Shown piece by piece: positions 30,093 through 39,130 of a stretch of DNA of 64,000 nt (position 1 is the first letter of the stretch; every line of letters starts with the position of its first letter). Both the position numbers and the translations under genes were made by a program. The DNA comes from Zophobihabitans entericus (GTDB lineage: Bacteria; Pseudomonadota; Gammaproteobacteria; Enterobacterales; Orbaceae). Under the pieces are notes generated by a model, which saw only the letters and a program-made list of their open reading frames with translations, did no database searches and was not told where the DNA came from. The stretch covers positions 35,418 to 99,417 of the forward strand of contig NZ_CP050253.1 of NCBI RefSeq assembly GCF_011745665.1, written 5' to 3'.

Positions 30093-31484
30093 ATGGCTAA
30101 ACAGATAAAAGTAATCAAATGTCCGAACTGTGGTAGCGTCCAGAAGACGGAAATAAAAGAAGATCATTATCGTTGTGATAACTGTAACACCGACTACTTT
30201 TTAGACAACGATGATATTAATATCAATATTAACCAGTCTGAAACTAAAAAACACACAATAGCATCAAACTCTACGGCTAAAACTATTGGTATTGCAGTCG
30301 GTGCCGCTGTAATTGCGCTGATTGTAGTTTTTGCATTCCTGCCGAGTAAACCAACACGAACCACCGTTACTGTCGTGACCCCAACGGTCAGAACAACGAC
30401 TCCACCGACGCAAACGACCCAAACTCCATCAACGACGCCACAACAGGTTAAACCACCCGTTATCAAATACAGTACGACTTATCCTTACTGTGATACTGTC
30501 ATTGATGGTGACAGAGTATATATGCTGGCTATTGAGCAGCGTTCTGCCTATGAGTGGAAAGAAGATAAGTACTATTTCATGATTTATGACTTACTGAACG
30601 AAAAAGTCATTAAAGAAAATCCAATCAGTGATGTCTTTGCAGATAAAAACCGTCAGGTAAAATGGCAATATTTAAACTATACGTCAGACAAGACCTATTT
30701 TACCTTAAACGATCGTGAAGTTTATTTGCTGGATAAAGTCAATTATAGCTTCAATAAAGTGACATCAACACTACTGGCTAAACACCCTGAATATCAGACA
30801 GGTATCGCTTCGGTTACAACATCCATTACCACTTCCGGTAATGCCCTGCATATTCTGACTAACGATGGTAAAAAAGCGTATTACTATCCGGCTATTGATC
30901 AAATTTACGCGGATAATTACGATTTCCATATGTTAAAAAATCGTCCGCCAAAACCACAGCCGGATACGGCCGAACATATCTATTATGCGTTTGCTAATAA
31001 CTACGGACGTAATAACAAGCTCATTCAGTCAACCTATGTCAGTCCTGATGGTAAAAATCATTTTGAATATCGTTCATCAGAAGTAGGTGCACAGAAACTT
31101 GGTGATTACCCGCCGTCAGTTGTTCATCAGGATGAAGACTCAGCTTATGACATTATTCCGGACACAAATCTGGATACACGAATTATTAATCACAAAAACT
31201 TAACACCGGGTCGCCTCTATTTTGATCCATCTGTTATTTATTTTGACGATAACCATTTAATTATAAAAACTAAAATCAATGCTGCACCAGATGCAACCTA
31301 TAACTATCAGAGTATCGATACTAAAACAGGTAATGTTTTATGGACGATCACTGATGATAAAATCACAATTCAAAGCGTTGTGCCTTTTGACGGTAATTTC
31401 ATCGCCAAACAGAGCTGTAACAAATACTCCATCATTGGCGCTGATGGTCAAATTATTAAGCAAATCACATTGAAAGGTAACTAG
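30093..31484 (+). CDS. Hypothetical membrane protein. It has an N-terminal zinc ribbon, one TM helix, a Thr/Pro-rich linker and a large extracytoplasmic domain.
   Basis: CPNCGS…CDNCN zinc ribbon. TM helix IGIAVGAAVIALIVVFAFL. Linker TVVTPTVRTTTPPTQTTQTPSTTPQQ. Confidence 0.55.
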   Translation: MAKQIKVIKCPNCGSVQKTEIKEDHYRCDNCNTDYFLDNDDINININQSETKKHTIASNSTAKTIGIAVGAAVIALIVVFAFLPSKPTRTTVTVVTPTVRTTTPPTQTTQTPSTTPQQVKPPVIKYSTTYPYCDTVIDGDRVYMLAIEQRSAYEWKEDKYYFMIYDLLNEKVIKENPISDVFADKNRQVKWQYLNYTSDKTYFTLNDREVYLLDKVNYSFNKVTSTLLAKHPEYQTGIASVTTSITTSGNALHILTNDGKKAYYYPAIDQIYADNYDFHMLKNRPPKPQPDTAEHIYYAFANNYGRNNKLIQSTYVSPDGKNHFEYRSSEVGAQKLGDYPPSVVHQDEDSAYDIIPDTNLDTRIINHKNLTPGRLYFDPSVIYFDDNHLIIKTKINAAPDATYNYQSIDTKTGNVLWTITDDKITIQSVVPFDGNFIAKQSCNKYSIIGADGQIIKQITLKGN

Positions 31485-31486
31485 CC

Positions 31487-32515
31487 ATGGGATTAAAAAA
31501 CTTTTTTAAACGTCAATTAAGAACTGTTATTGAGTGGAATAGTCAGGATAGCAATATCTTATTCTTTCAGTTTGAAGCCCCAACTGACGAAATCAAAACG
31601 GCGAGTAAACTGATTGTGAACCCGGGTCAAGGGTGCTTACTGGTTTATGAAGGTAAAATTATTGATGTACTAAGTGAACAAGGTACTTATTCACTTAAAA
31701 CCGCTAACCATCCGTTTATTACTAATTTACTTAAAATTCTACAAAGTTTTGAAAGTGAACATAAAATGAGAATCTATTTCTACCGTAAAGCAGAAGTAGT
31801 GAATCAAAAATGGGGCACTTCAACACCGATTAAATACATGGATAGCGTGTATAAATTCCCAATTGAGCTTGGCGCTTACGGTACCTATTCACTTAATGTT
31901 GAGCTACCAAAAGCGTTCTTTGAAAACATTGTGGGTACAAAAACAGTTTATACCACTAAAGATCTGCAACAATTGATGGTTTCACGTATTATTCCTGAAA
32001 TTTCGTCACATTTAGCGACAGATAGCTACTCATATCAGAATATTGATTCTCAGCTTATGAAGCTTTCTGGTGAACTCAAAACAAGTTTACAAGGAACCTT
32101 TAATCAATTAGGTTTAGCGTTAAGTGATTTCCGTATTGAAGCAACTTCATTTAATGAAGAAACAGTTGCTCGTATTAATCGTATCGCTGAGTCCCGTACT
32201 GATGCAATTGCAGCGCAAGAAGTTGGACTTGATTACGTTGATCACGAAAGACTTAAAGCGCTGCGTGATGCCGCTAAAAATGAAGGTGGTCTGGCTGGTG
32301 CAGGACTACAAATTGGCGCAGGTTTTGAGCTGGCGAAATCTTTTGATCTGAAAAAAGGTGGTGCTGGTTCAGCTGATAATCAGGCTGTAGCTCAACCAGC
32401 AGCAGAGGATCCATCAATTGCTCAATTGAAGAAATTAAAATCACTACTTGATGATGGAATTCTGACTCAGGAAGAATTTGATGCGAAAAAGAAAGAGATA
32501 TTAGATCGTATTTAA
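31487..32515 (+). CDS. SPFH/band-7 domain protein with a C-terminal SHOCT domain (COG4260-like).
   Basis: C-terminal SIAQLKKLKSLLDDGILTQEEFDAKKKEILDRI is a SHOCT motif. Start is 3 nt after the upstream stop. Confidence 0.6.
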   Translation: MGLKNFFKRQLRTVIEWNSQDSNILFFQFEAPTDEIKTASKLIVNPGQGCLLVYEGKIIDVLSEQGTYSLKTANHPFITNLLKILQSFESEHKMRIYFYRKAEVVNQKWGTSTPIKYMDSVYKFPIELGAYGTYSLNVELPKAFFENIVGTKTVYTTKDLQQLMVSRIIPEISSHLATDSYSYQNIDSQLMKLSGELKTSLQGTFNQLGLALSDFRIEATSFNEETVARINRIAESRTDAIAAQEVGLDYVDHERLKALRDAAKNEGGLAGAGLQIGAGFELAKSFDLKKGGAGSADNQAVAQPAAEDPSIAQLKKLKSLLDDGILTQEEFDAKKKEILDRI

Positions 32516-32815
32516 TTTTCATTCATTAAGAGAAAAGCAGGCTTTGCCTGCTTTTTTTATTGCTTAAGATTTTGTATATATCGATATTGTAGTGTGTGGA
32601 TTGCGCGACGCAGTCGCGCTTGTAGATCTTGGTATGGTGAAAAAATTAGCCTGTATGTGAGCTTAGCAGTACTATTCCGATGCGCTGAACATGCAAGCCA
32701 TGTAACGCTTACTCCATAGCACCGCTAAGCTCAGTATGCATCCAATAACATTTACTGATAAAAGATTAAGAGATTATATATTTAAAGAAAAACAGAAAAG
32801 TTAAATATAAAACCC

Positions 32816-32860
32816 AATAAAATCAAATATTTAATATATTTATAACTATTTGATTTTATT
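32816..32860. repeat. AT-rich palindrome AATAAAATCAAATAT…TATTTGATTTTATT. It belongs to a recurring inverted-repeat family.
   Basis: 15-bp arms around a 16-bp spacer. The same core recurs at 45754-45805, with a degenerate copy at 55798-55830. Confidence 0.6.
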
Positions 32861-33111
32861 AGATTTTTATGTTGAGAATAGATTGAAATTGTTGTAAGTT
32901 TTTTAGAATACCAGAGTTGAATTTGATGGAGAGCGTATTCCATAGGTCTTAGCGAGTCCCCGAGCGGGCGCCTATGGTGTACGGTAGGCCATCAAACCCA
33001 CGGAATAAGCAACCTCACCCAAAATATTGCGCAAGGGCGGCGCAGTCCGCCCCAAATCCAATGCCAATAACAAATAACAACACCAGAGCAGCTCACGCTG
33101 CCCACAACAAA

Positions 33112-35361
33112 TTATGACGAAAATCTTTTCGCTTCAAGCACATCTGGTAACTGCCCTACTTTAACCAGCATCCGTCCAAGCACTTCCTGATTTGGGACTT
33201 CAATATCCATATCGATCGTTGCCAGTTGCTGTTTAAGATCGCTGCGGCTGGTTACGCCAAGCACATTGACCTTCTCATTAGCAAGAACAGTAGTAATATC
33301 CCGTAACAACCCACTGCGGTCATTAGCAATAATACGAATACTGAGTGAATAGTTATTTTCCGCGCCATGGCCCCAGACAGCTTCAACTACACGCTCCGGT
33401 GCATGGCTTCTTAAATCAATCAATTGCTCACAATCAGCCCGGTGAATTGAGATACCTCGCCCCTGAGTGATAAAACCTACAATTTCATCACCCGGAATTG
33501 GTCTGCAACAACGAGCGATGGTGTGCATTAAATTACCTACGCCTTCAACCACGATTTGGCTACTATTGCTCTTACCATTGCGCGCCTGACTGTTTTCCGC
33601 TTTTTGTGTCAGCTGTTTTAGTGCGGCTTCATCTTCTTGTGCTGCCGTTGGCTTATTAAAGGTGGCATTTAAGAAGTTACTCAGCTGATTAATACGGATG
33701 TCACCACTACCAATACTTGCCAGTACTTCCTCAAAGGAGTGAGCGTTATAACGATCGATTAAGATCTTCTCGACATCTTTTAAAGTCAGCCCGAGTTGTT
33801 CCAGCTCAGTATCTAAAGTCTGACGACCAGCCAGAATATTCTTATCCCGATCCTGCTTTTTAAACCATGCCTGAATCTTAGCACGAGCCCGGCTGCTATT
33901 CACAAACCCGGCATTTGGATTTAACCAGTCACGACTTGGGTTTGGTTGTTTTTGAGTAATCACCTCAATCTGATCACCCATTTGTAGCTGATAGGTAAAC
34001 GGTACGATGCGCCCGCCAATTTTTGCCCCAATGCAGCGATGACCAATATCACTGTGAATATGGTAAGCGAAGTCCAGAGGAGTTGAATGCATGGGTAAAT
34101 CAACCACATCACCTTTTGGTGTAAACACATAAACTCGATCGTCAAACACCTGACTACGGACCTCTTCACGAATCTCTCCGCTGTCAGACATTTCTTCCTG
34201 CCACGCCAGTAACTTACGCAACCAGATGATACGCTGATCATAAGCGGTCATCTTATCAGTGCTGCCCTCTTTATACTTCCAGTGAGCAGCGACACCAAGT
34301 TCTGCATCATTATGCATCTGCTCAGTACGGATCTGAATTTCAATGGTTTTATTCTGTGGCCCCAGAATGACAGTATGAATTGACTGATAACCATTTGGCT
34401 TAGGATTTGCTACATAATCATCAAATTCTTTGGCAATATGCTTATAATGAGAATGTACAATCCCCAGTGCACCATAACAATCCTCAATTTTTTGAGCGAT
34501 AATTCTGACGGCCCGAATATCATAAAGCTCTTCAAATGACAGATTTTTCTTCTGCATCTTACGCCAGATGCTATAGATATGTTTGGGACGACCATAAATC
34601 TCAACCTGGATATCATCAGCCTTCATGAGTTTTTGCAGATGCTGAGTAAAATCTTCGATATAGCGTTCACGATCTAAACGGCGTTCCTGCAACTTATTAG
34701 CGATCGTGCGGTACTCTTCCGGGTGCAGATAACGGAAGCAAAAATCTTCCAGTTCCCACTTTAACTGCCCAATCCCTAAACGGTTGGCAAGTGGCGCATA
34801 AATTTTAAAACACTCTTTAGCTGCCAGAACTCTCTCTTCTTCCGACGCACCAACAATATCGCGCAGGAACATAATTCGTTCTGCCAGCTTAATAATCACA
34901 CTACGGAAGTCTTTTACCATCGCCAGTAACATACGGCGAATACTATCAACTTGTTCAGTCGTGGCTGAGCCGTTATGAATAGCACGTAGCTGACGAATAT
35001 TCTTCATTCGTACTACGCCATCAGCTAAATGGACGATATCTTTACTGATCTCATCTTTAATATCATCATAGCGAATGACTTTAGCATCAAGGAAAGGGAA
35101 TAATAACGCTGCGCTTAAACTATCCGCATCCATATTTAATGTGGACAGGATTTCAATCATCTCAATAGCGTTATGGAAACAGAGAATTTGTTCAGGTGAG
35201 CCTGCACTGTTTTCAAAACAGAAATCCCACACTGACTTAAATTTTTTATACGCGGCCTCGTTGGCTAGTGGTAGTTCCTGCTTAGCCCACTTCTCGAAAT
35301 CAAATTGTTCTAAAGCATAGTGTTCATCAATATTTTGATGAGCGCCTCTTACTGATACCAT
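33112..35361 (-). CDS. relA: GTP pyrophosphokinase RelA ((p)ppGpp synthetase I).
   Basis: MVSVRGAHQN… Collinear with E. coli RelA through the HD-like, synthetase, TGS and ACT regions. Confidence 0.9.
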   Translation of the reverse strand: MVSVRGAHQNIDEHYALEQFDFEKWAKQELPLANEAAYKKFKSVWDFCFENSAGSPEQILCFHNAIEMIEILSTLNMDADSLSAALLFPFLDAKVIRYDDIKDEISKDIVHLADGVVRMKNIRQLRAIHNGSATTEQVDSIRRMLLAMVKDFRSVIIKLAERIMFLRDIVGASEEERVLAAKECFKIYAPLANRLGIGQLKWELEDFCFRYLHPEEYRTIANKLQERRLDRERYIEDFTQHLQKLMKADDIQVEIYGRPKHIYSIWRKMQKKNLSFEELYDIRAVRIIAQKIEDCYGALGIVHSHYKHIAKEFDDYVANPKPNGYQSIHTVILGPQNKTIEIQIRTEQMHNDAELGVAAHWKYKEGSTDKMTAYDQRIIWLRKLLAWQEEMSDSGEIREEVRSQVFDDRVYVFTPKGDVVDLPMHSTPLDFAYHIHSDIGHRCIGAKIGGRIVPFTYQLQMGDQIEVITQKQPNPSRDWLNPNAGFVNSSRARAKIQAWFKKQDRDKNILAGRQTLDTELEQLGLTLKDVEKILIDRYNAHSFEEVLASIGSGDIRINQLSNFLNATFNKPTAAQEDEAALKQLTQKAENSQARNGKSNSSQIVVEGVGNLMHTIARCCRPIPGDEIVGFITQGRGISIHRADCEQLIDLRSHAPERVVEAVWGHGAENNYSLSIRIIANDRSGLLRDITTVLANEKVNVLGVTSRSDLKQQLATIDMDIEVPNQEVLGRMLVKVGQLPDVLEAKRFSS

Positions 35362-35375
35362 AATTTTTCATTCCA

Positions 35376-36701
35376 TTAACGCATAAATAAGGCCATTGAT
35401 TCCAGATGCTTAGTCTGTGGGAACATATCTAAAACTGATAATTTCACTAGTTTATAGCCTTGTTCCGTCAATATTTTACTGTCCCGTGCTAACGTCGCCG
35501 GATTACAGGAAATATACACAATGTGCGACAAGTCCTTTGTTGCAATTTGTGTGACCACAGTTAAAGCACCAACCCGAGCTGGATCCAGCAAGACTTTATT
35601 AATCGAGTTTTTTAACCAGACCGGATGCTTAGGTAGTTCATCCAGATTCTGCTGATAAAACTCAATATGACATGCTGAGTCCAATAAATCTTTATTCAAT
35701 ATAGTGTTTGTTTGCGCTTTTTCAACCAGCGCATCCACACCTTCAACACCAATCACCTGTTTTGCCACTTTTGCCATTGGCAGAGAAAAATTCCCCATCC
35801 CACAAAACAGATCAAGCACTTCATCGTTTGAACTCAGTTCCAGCCAGCTTAATGCTTGTTCCACCATCTTCTGATTTATCTGACCATTTACCTGAATAAA
35901 ATCTAACGGACTAAAAGTCAGAGCCAGATCATCAATCTGGTAATAAGGTGTTTTATCTTCGGTCACACAAACCAGTTCTGTTCCGTGTAAGTACAGTGAT
36001 AACTGATACTTCTGCGCAAACTGAATCAAACTCAAATAGTCAGATTCAACCAGTGGCTGAGTATGTCTTAAAACTATAATTAGACCACTTTCAACAGACA
36101 ATAGTTCCACATGTCCAATCACTTGCTTACTTTTTAGCTGATTCAAACAGGTACGCAGAGGAATCAGTAAATCATCTAAAGACTTTACCAAAACAGGACA
36201 GGTTTGGATGTTAATAATGTCGCTGGAAAGTTCCTGACGAAATCCCATCTGCAACTTACCTTTTTGCCACATAACCGCTAGTCTGGCACGGCGACGATAA
36301 CCATATTCGCTAGCTGCAACGACAGAGCATTGTTCTGGTGCAATATCCTGTTTTGTTTCACGGCGCATTAAGTTCAGTAAAGCCGCTTGTTTACTTTGCT
36401 GTTGTAACTTTTCAGCCACGTGCTGCATCTGACATCCGCCACACTCATCATAATGAGGACAGCGTGGAATTACTCGTTCAGGGCTATCATTATATCGTTT
36501 TAGTACTCTGGCTTTAGCAAACTGCTTTTTATCTTCGGTCAGTTGAATATCAACGGTTTCACCCGGTAAGGCATTTTTAATAAAAATGGTTTTTCCTGAG
36601 TGAGAGGCCACTCCTTGTCCAAAAGCATCTAATGCGTGTACTTCAACAGTTAATTTTTGCTTAGTAGGCTGACGCTTAGTCGGAACATAAAAATTGGCCA
36701 T
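35376..36701 (-). CDS. rlmD: 23S rRNA (uracil1939-C5)-methyltransferase RlmD (RumA).
   Basis: TRAM domain. Fe-S cluster cysteines CPHYDECGGCQ. SAM methyltransferase motifs. relA-rlmD synteny. Confidence 0.9.
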   Translation of the reverse strand: MANFYVPTKRQPTKQKLTVEVHALDAFGQGVASHSGKTIFIKNALPGETVDIQLTEDKKQFAKARVLKRYNDSPERVIPRCPHYDECGGCQMQHVAEKLQQQSKQAALLNLMRRETKQDIAPEQCSVVAASEYGYRRRARLAVMWQKGKLQMGFRQELSSDIINIQTCPVLVKSLDDLLIPLRTCLNQLKSKQVIGHVELLSVESGLIIVLRHTQPLVESDYLSLIQFAQKYQLSLYLHGTELVCVTEDKTPYYQIDDLALTFSPLDFIQVNGQINQKMVEQALSWLELSSNDEVLDLFCGMGNFSLPMAKVAKQVIGVEGVDALVEKAQTNTILNKDLLDSACHIEFYQQNLDELPKHPVWLKNSINKVLLDPARVGALTVVTQIATKDLSHIVYISCNPATLARDSKILTEQGYKLVKLSVLDMFPQTKHLESMALFMR

Positions 36702-36721
36702 AACGCTATTTCACCAGAACC

Positions 36722-37213
36722 TTATTTGCTATTTACTTTCTTTAATAATTGTTGTTCTACATGCTTTGGTACAAGACCCGACACTTCACCTTTATGCAAG
36801 GCAACTTCACGCACGATAGACGAAGAGATAAAACCGGTCTCCGGAGATGGCATCAGAAAAATAGTATCTAAATCGGCTTTTAAGTGGCGATTCATCTCTG
36901 CCAGCTGGCGCTCATACTCAAAATCATAGGTTGTACGCACACCACGCACCAGCATTGTGGCTCCTTGTTGCGAAGCAAATTCAGCCATTAAATTGGTATA
37001 ACCAATAGCTTCAACATTAGGTAAATGCTTAATCGCTTCTGCAGCAAGTAAAACACGCTCTTCCAGTGAGAATAATGTCTTTTTACTTGGGCTTGCTGCC
37101 ACGCCAATAATCAGGCGCTGAAACAGTGGTGCAGCACGGGTAATCAGCTCAACATGGCCATTAGTAATAGGATCAAAAGTTCCCGGAAAAATTGCAGTTG
37201 GCATTTGTTTCAT
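36722..37213 (-). CDS. coaD: Phosphopantetheine adenylyltransferase.
   Basis: AIFPGTFDPITNGHVELI (T/HxGH nucleotidyltransferase motif). 163 aa. Confidence 0.95.
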   Translation of the reverse strand: MKQMPTAIFPGTFDPITNGHVELITRAAPLFQRLIIGVAASPSKKTLFSLEERVLLAAEAIKHLPNVEAIGYTNLMAEFASQQGATMLVRGVRTTYDFEYERQLAEMNRHLKADLDTIFLMPSPETGFISSSIVREVALHKGEVSGLVPKHVEQQLLKKVNSK

Positions 37214-37297
37214 AACAAAACCTGTGTATGATATTTAGATTAGCTCTATCATACAAAATTTCTTATGAAATTGTTAGATAAATGAGACATATCACTT

Positions 37298-38083
37298 ATG
37301 GAAAATAAAATCTCAGCGGTCATTATTACACTTAATGAAGAAAAGAATATTGGACGCTGTTTAGCCTCGCTGCAAGGCATTGCCGATGAAATTATCATTG
37401 TTGATAGTTTCTCAACCGATAAAACCGAAGAAATCTGCCAGCAATACGGTGCGAAATTTATCCGACAAGCCTGGCTGGGATATGGTAAACAGAAAAATTT
37501 TGCTGCTGAACAAGCTCAGTATGACTATATTCTCTCGCTGGATGCGGACGAAGCTCTATCTGATGAACTTAAAGCCTCAATTTTACAACTTAAATCTCAG
37601 TCAATGTCAGAAGCTTATTCCCTTAATCGCCTGACTAACTATTGTGGTAAATGGATCCGCCATTGTGGCTGGTATCCTGATCGTAAAATCCGTTTATGGA
37701 AAAAAGGTTGTGCCAACTGGACGACTCCGCGTGTACATGAAACCATTAAACTGGCACCCAATATTACACCAATTCATCTCAAAGGTGATTTACTGCACTA
37801 CACTTATTACACCATAGGTGAACATATTCAGATCGCTAACAAATATACTACGCTTGTAGCTGAAGAATATGCTGATCGTGGACGTAAAGCGTCATTTATC
37901 AAAATCTTCTTAAATCCGCCATTTAGCTTTTTCCGTGATTACTTCCTGCGCCTTGGGATTTTAGATGGTTATTACGGATTTGTGATTTGTGCAGTAGCTT
38001 CCTTCTCCACCTTTTTAAAATATTCCAAGTTAAAACAGGTTCTGGAACAACGTAAACTGGAGCAACGTAAACATGATGCCTAA
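37298..38083 (+). CDS. Family-2 glycosyltransferase, WaaE/KdtX-like LPS core glycosyltransferase.
   Basis: GT2 N-terminal domain (SAVIITLNEEKNIGRCLASL…DDGSTD-like, DxD). Divergent from coaD, as LPS-core genes are in enterobacteria. Confidence 0.7.
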   Translation: MENKISAVIITLNEEKNIGRCLASLQGIADEIIIVDSFSTDKTEEICQQYGAKFIRQAWLGYGKQKNFAAEQAQYDYILSLDADEALSDELKASILQLKSQSMSEAYSLNRLTNYCGKWIRHCGWYPDRKIRLWKKGCANWTTPRVHETIKLAPNITPIHLKGDLLHYTYYTIGEHIQIANKYTTLVAEEYADRGRKASFIKIFLNPPFSFFRDYFLRLGILDGYYGFVICAVASFSTFLKYSKLKQVLEQRKLEQRKHDA

Positions 38084-38873
38084 ATCCGTTTCATTAGTTG
38101 TCACAACGTATAACTGGCCACAGGCTCTGGAGCTGGTATTAATCTCTATTCTTAAGCAATCTGTTCTGCCTGATGAAGTGATTATTGCTGATGATGGCTC
38201 TAAACAGGAAACCATTGATTTAGTTAAGCGCTATCAGACCACGTTTCCGGTTCCTTTAATCCATAGCTGGCAAGAGGATTTAGGTTTTAGAGCAGCACGT
38301 TCACGTAACTTAGCCTTTGCTAAAGCGAAAAGTGATTATATTGTGATGCTGGATGGGGATATGGTACTGCATCACCATTTCATTCGTGATCATAAAAGAG
38401 CGGCTGCGCCTAATCAGTTTATTCAGGGGCGCCGGGTTATTCTGACTAAACCGTTAACTGAACAAGCACTTGAGTCTAAACAGACACTATTTAGTATTTT
38501 TTCCAGCGACGTAAAAAATAAAGCCAATACTATTTCTTGCCCGCTGCTTTCTCCTATCATGTCTAAACTCTTTTCTAAGCAATCTCTGCGCGGTATTCGT
38601 AGTTGTAATATGGCAATCTGGAAATCGGATCTCATCAAAGTAAATGGTTTTAACGAAGCATTTGTCGGCTGGGGACGTGAAGACAGTGAATTTGTCGTGC
38701 GTCTGTTTAATAATGGACTAATACGCAAAGATCTGCGTTTTGGCGGAGTGGCGTACCACCTCTACCATAACGAAAATTCCAGACAGAATCTGGAAGAGAA
38801 CGACAGACTACTGGAAGACGCAATTAAGCAAAACGTGAAATTCTGTGAACGTGGCCTGGCGGATCATCTGTAA
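38073..38873 (+). CDS. Family-2 glycosyltransferase (second, overlapping start).
   Basis: VSLVVTTYNWPQALELVLISI… GT2 motif. DGD at the Mn-binding position. Confidence 0.7.
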   Translation: MMPKSVSLVVTTYNWPQALELVLISILKQSVLPDEVIIADDGSKQETIDLVKRYQTTFPVPLIHSWQEDLGFRAARSRNLAFAKAKSDYIVMLDGDMVLHHHFIRDHKRAAAPNQFIQGRRVILTKPLTEQALESKQTLFSIFSSDVKNKANTISCPLLSPIMSKLFSKQSLRGIRSCNMAIWKSDLIKVNGFNEAFVGWGREDSEFVVRLFNNGLIRKDLRFGGVAYHLYHNENSRQNLEENDRLLEDAIKQNVKFCERGLADHL

Positions 38874-38928
38874 CTATCAGCGCTAACAAGCTGATTTAAA
38901 TATTCTATTTATTTTTATAAATTGTCTA

Positions 38929-38962
38929 TTGACAAATTATCACTGAACTAGTTTAATGATAC
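38929..38962 (+). promoter_or_regulatory. trp operon promoter with an overlapping TrpR-operator-like sequence.
   Basis: -35 TTGACA, 17-bp spacer, -10 TTTAAT. GAACTAGTTTAATGATAC resembles the E. coli trp operator half-sites (GAACTAGTTAACTAGTAC). Confidence 0.5.
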
Positions 38963-38988
38963 AAAATAAAATTAAGTAGAATACTCCC

Positions 38989-39048
38989 ATGTTAATACAA
39001 AATACCTTTACAGCAAACTTATGGTGGCACATCACACTTAACGGGTGA
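38989..39048 (+). CDS. trpL: trp leader peptide (19 aa) with tandem Trp codons.
   Basis: Encodes MLIQNTFTANLWWHITLNG. The tandem TGG TGG codons sit ahead of an attenuator terminator. Confidence 0.8.
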   Translation: MLIQNTFTANLWWHITLNG

Positions 39049-39083
39049 TGTGTTTTGCTGTACTTAGATTTTATCTTACACAA

Positions 39084-39108
39084 GCCCGCAAATTGCGGGC
39101 TTTTTTAT
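39084..39108 (+). terminator. trp attenuator (rho-independent terminator).
   Basis: gcccgcaa-att-tgcgggc hairpin followed by TTTTTTATT, located between trpL and trpE. Confidence 0.8.
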
Positions 39109-39130
39109 TGCTTAAAAAAGAGAAAAGATC

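Noticed and set aside
32530-33111. Expectation of a mazEF toxin-antitoxin downstream of relA.
   Set aside because: No ORFs of the right size or sequence (MazE about 82 aa, MazF about 111 aa) are present. The region is non-coding.
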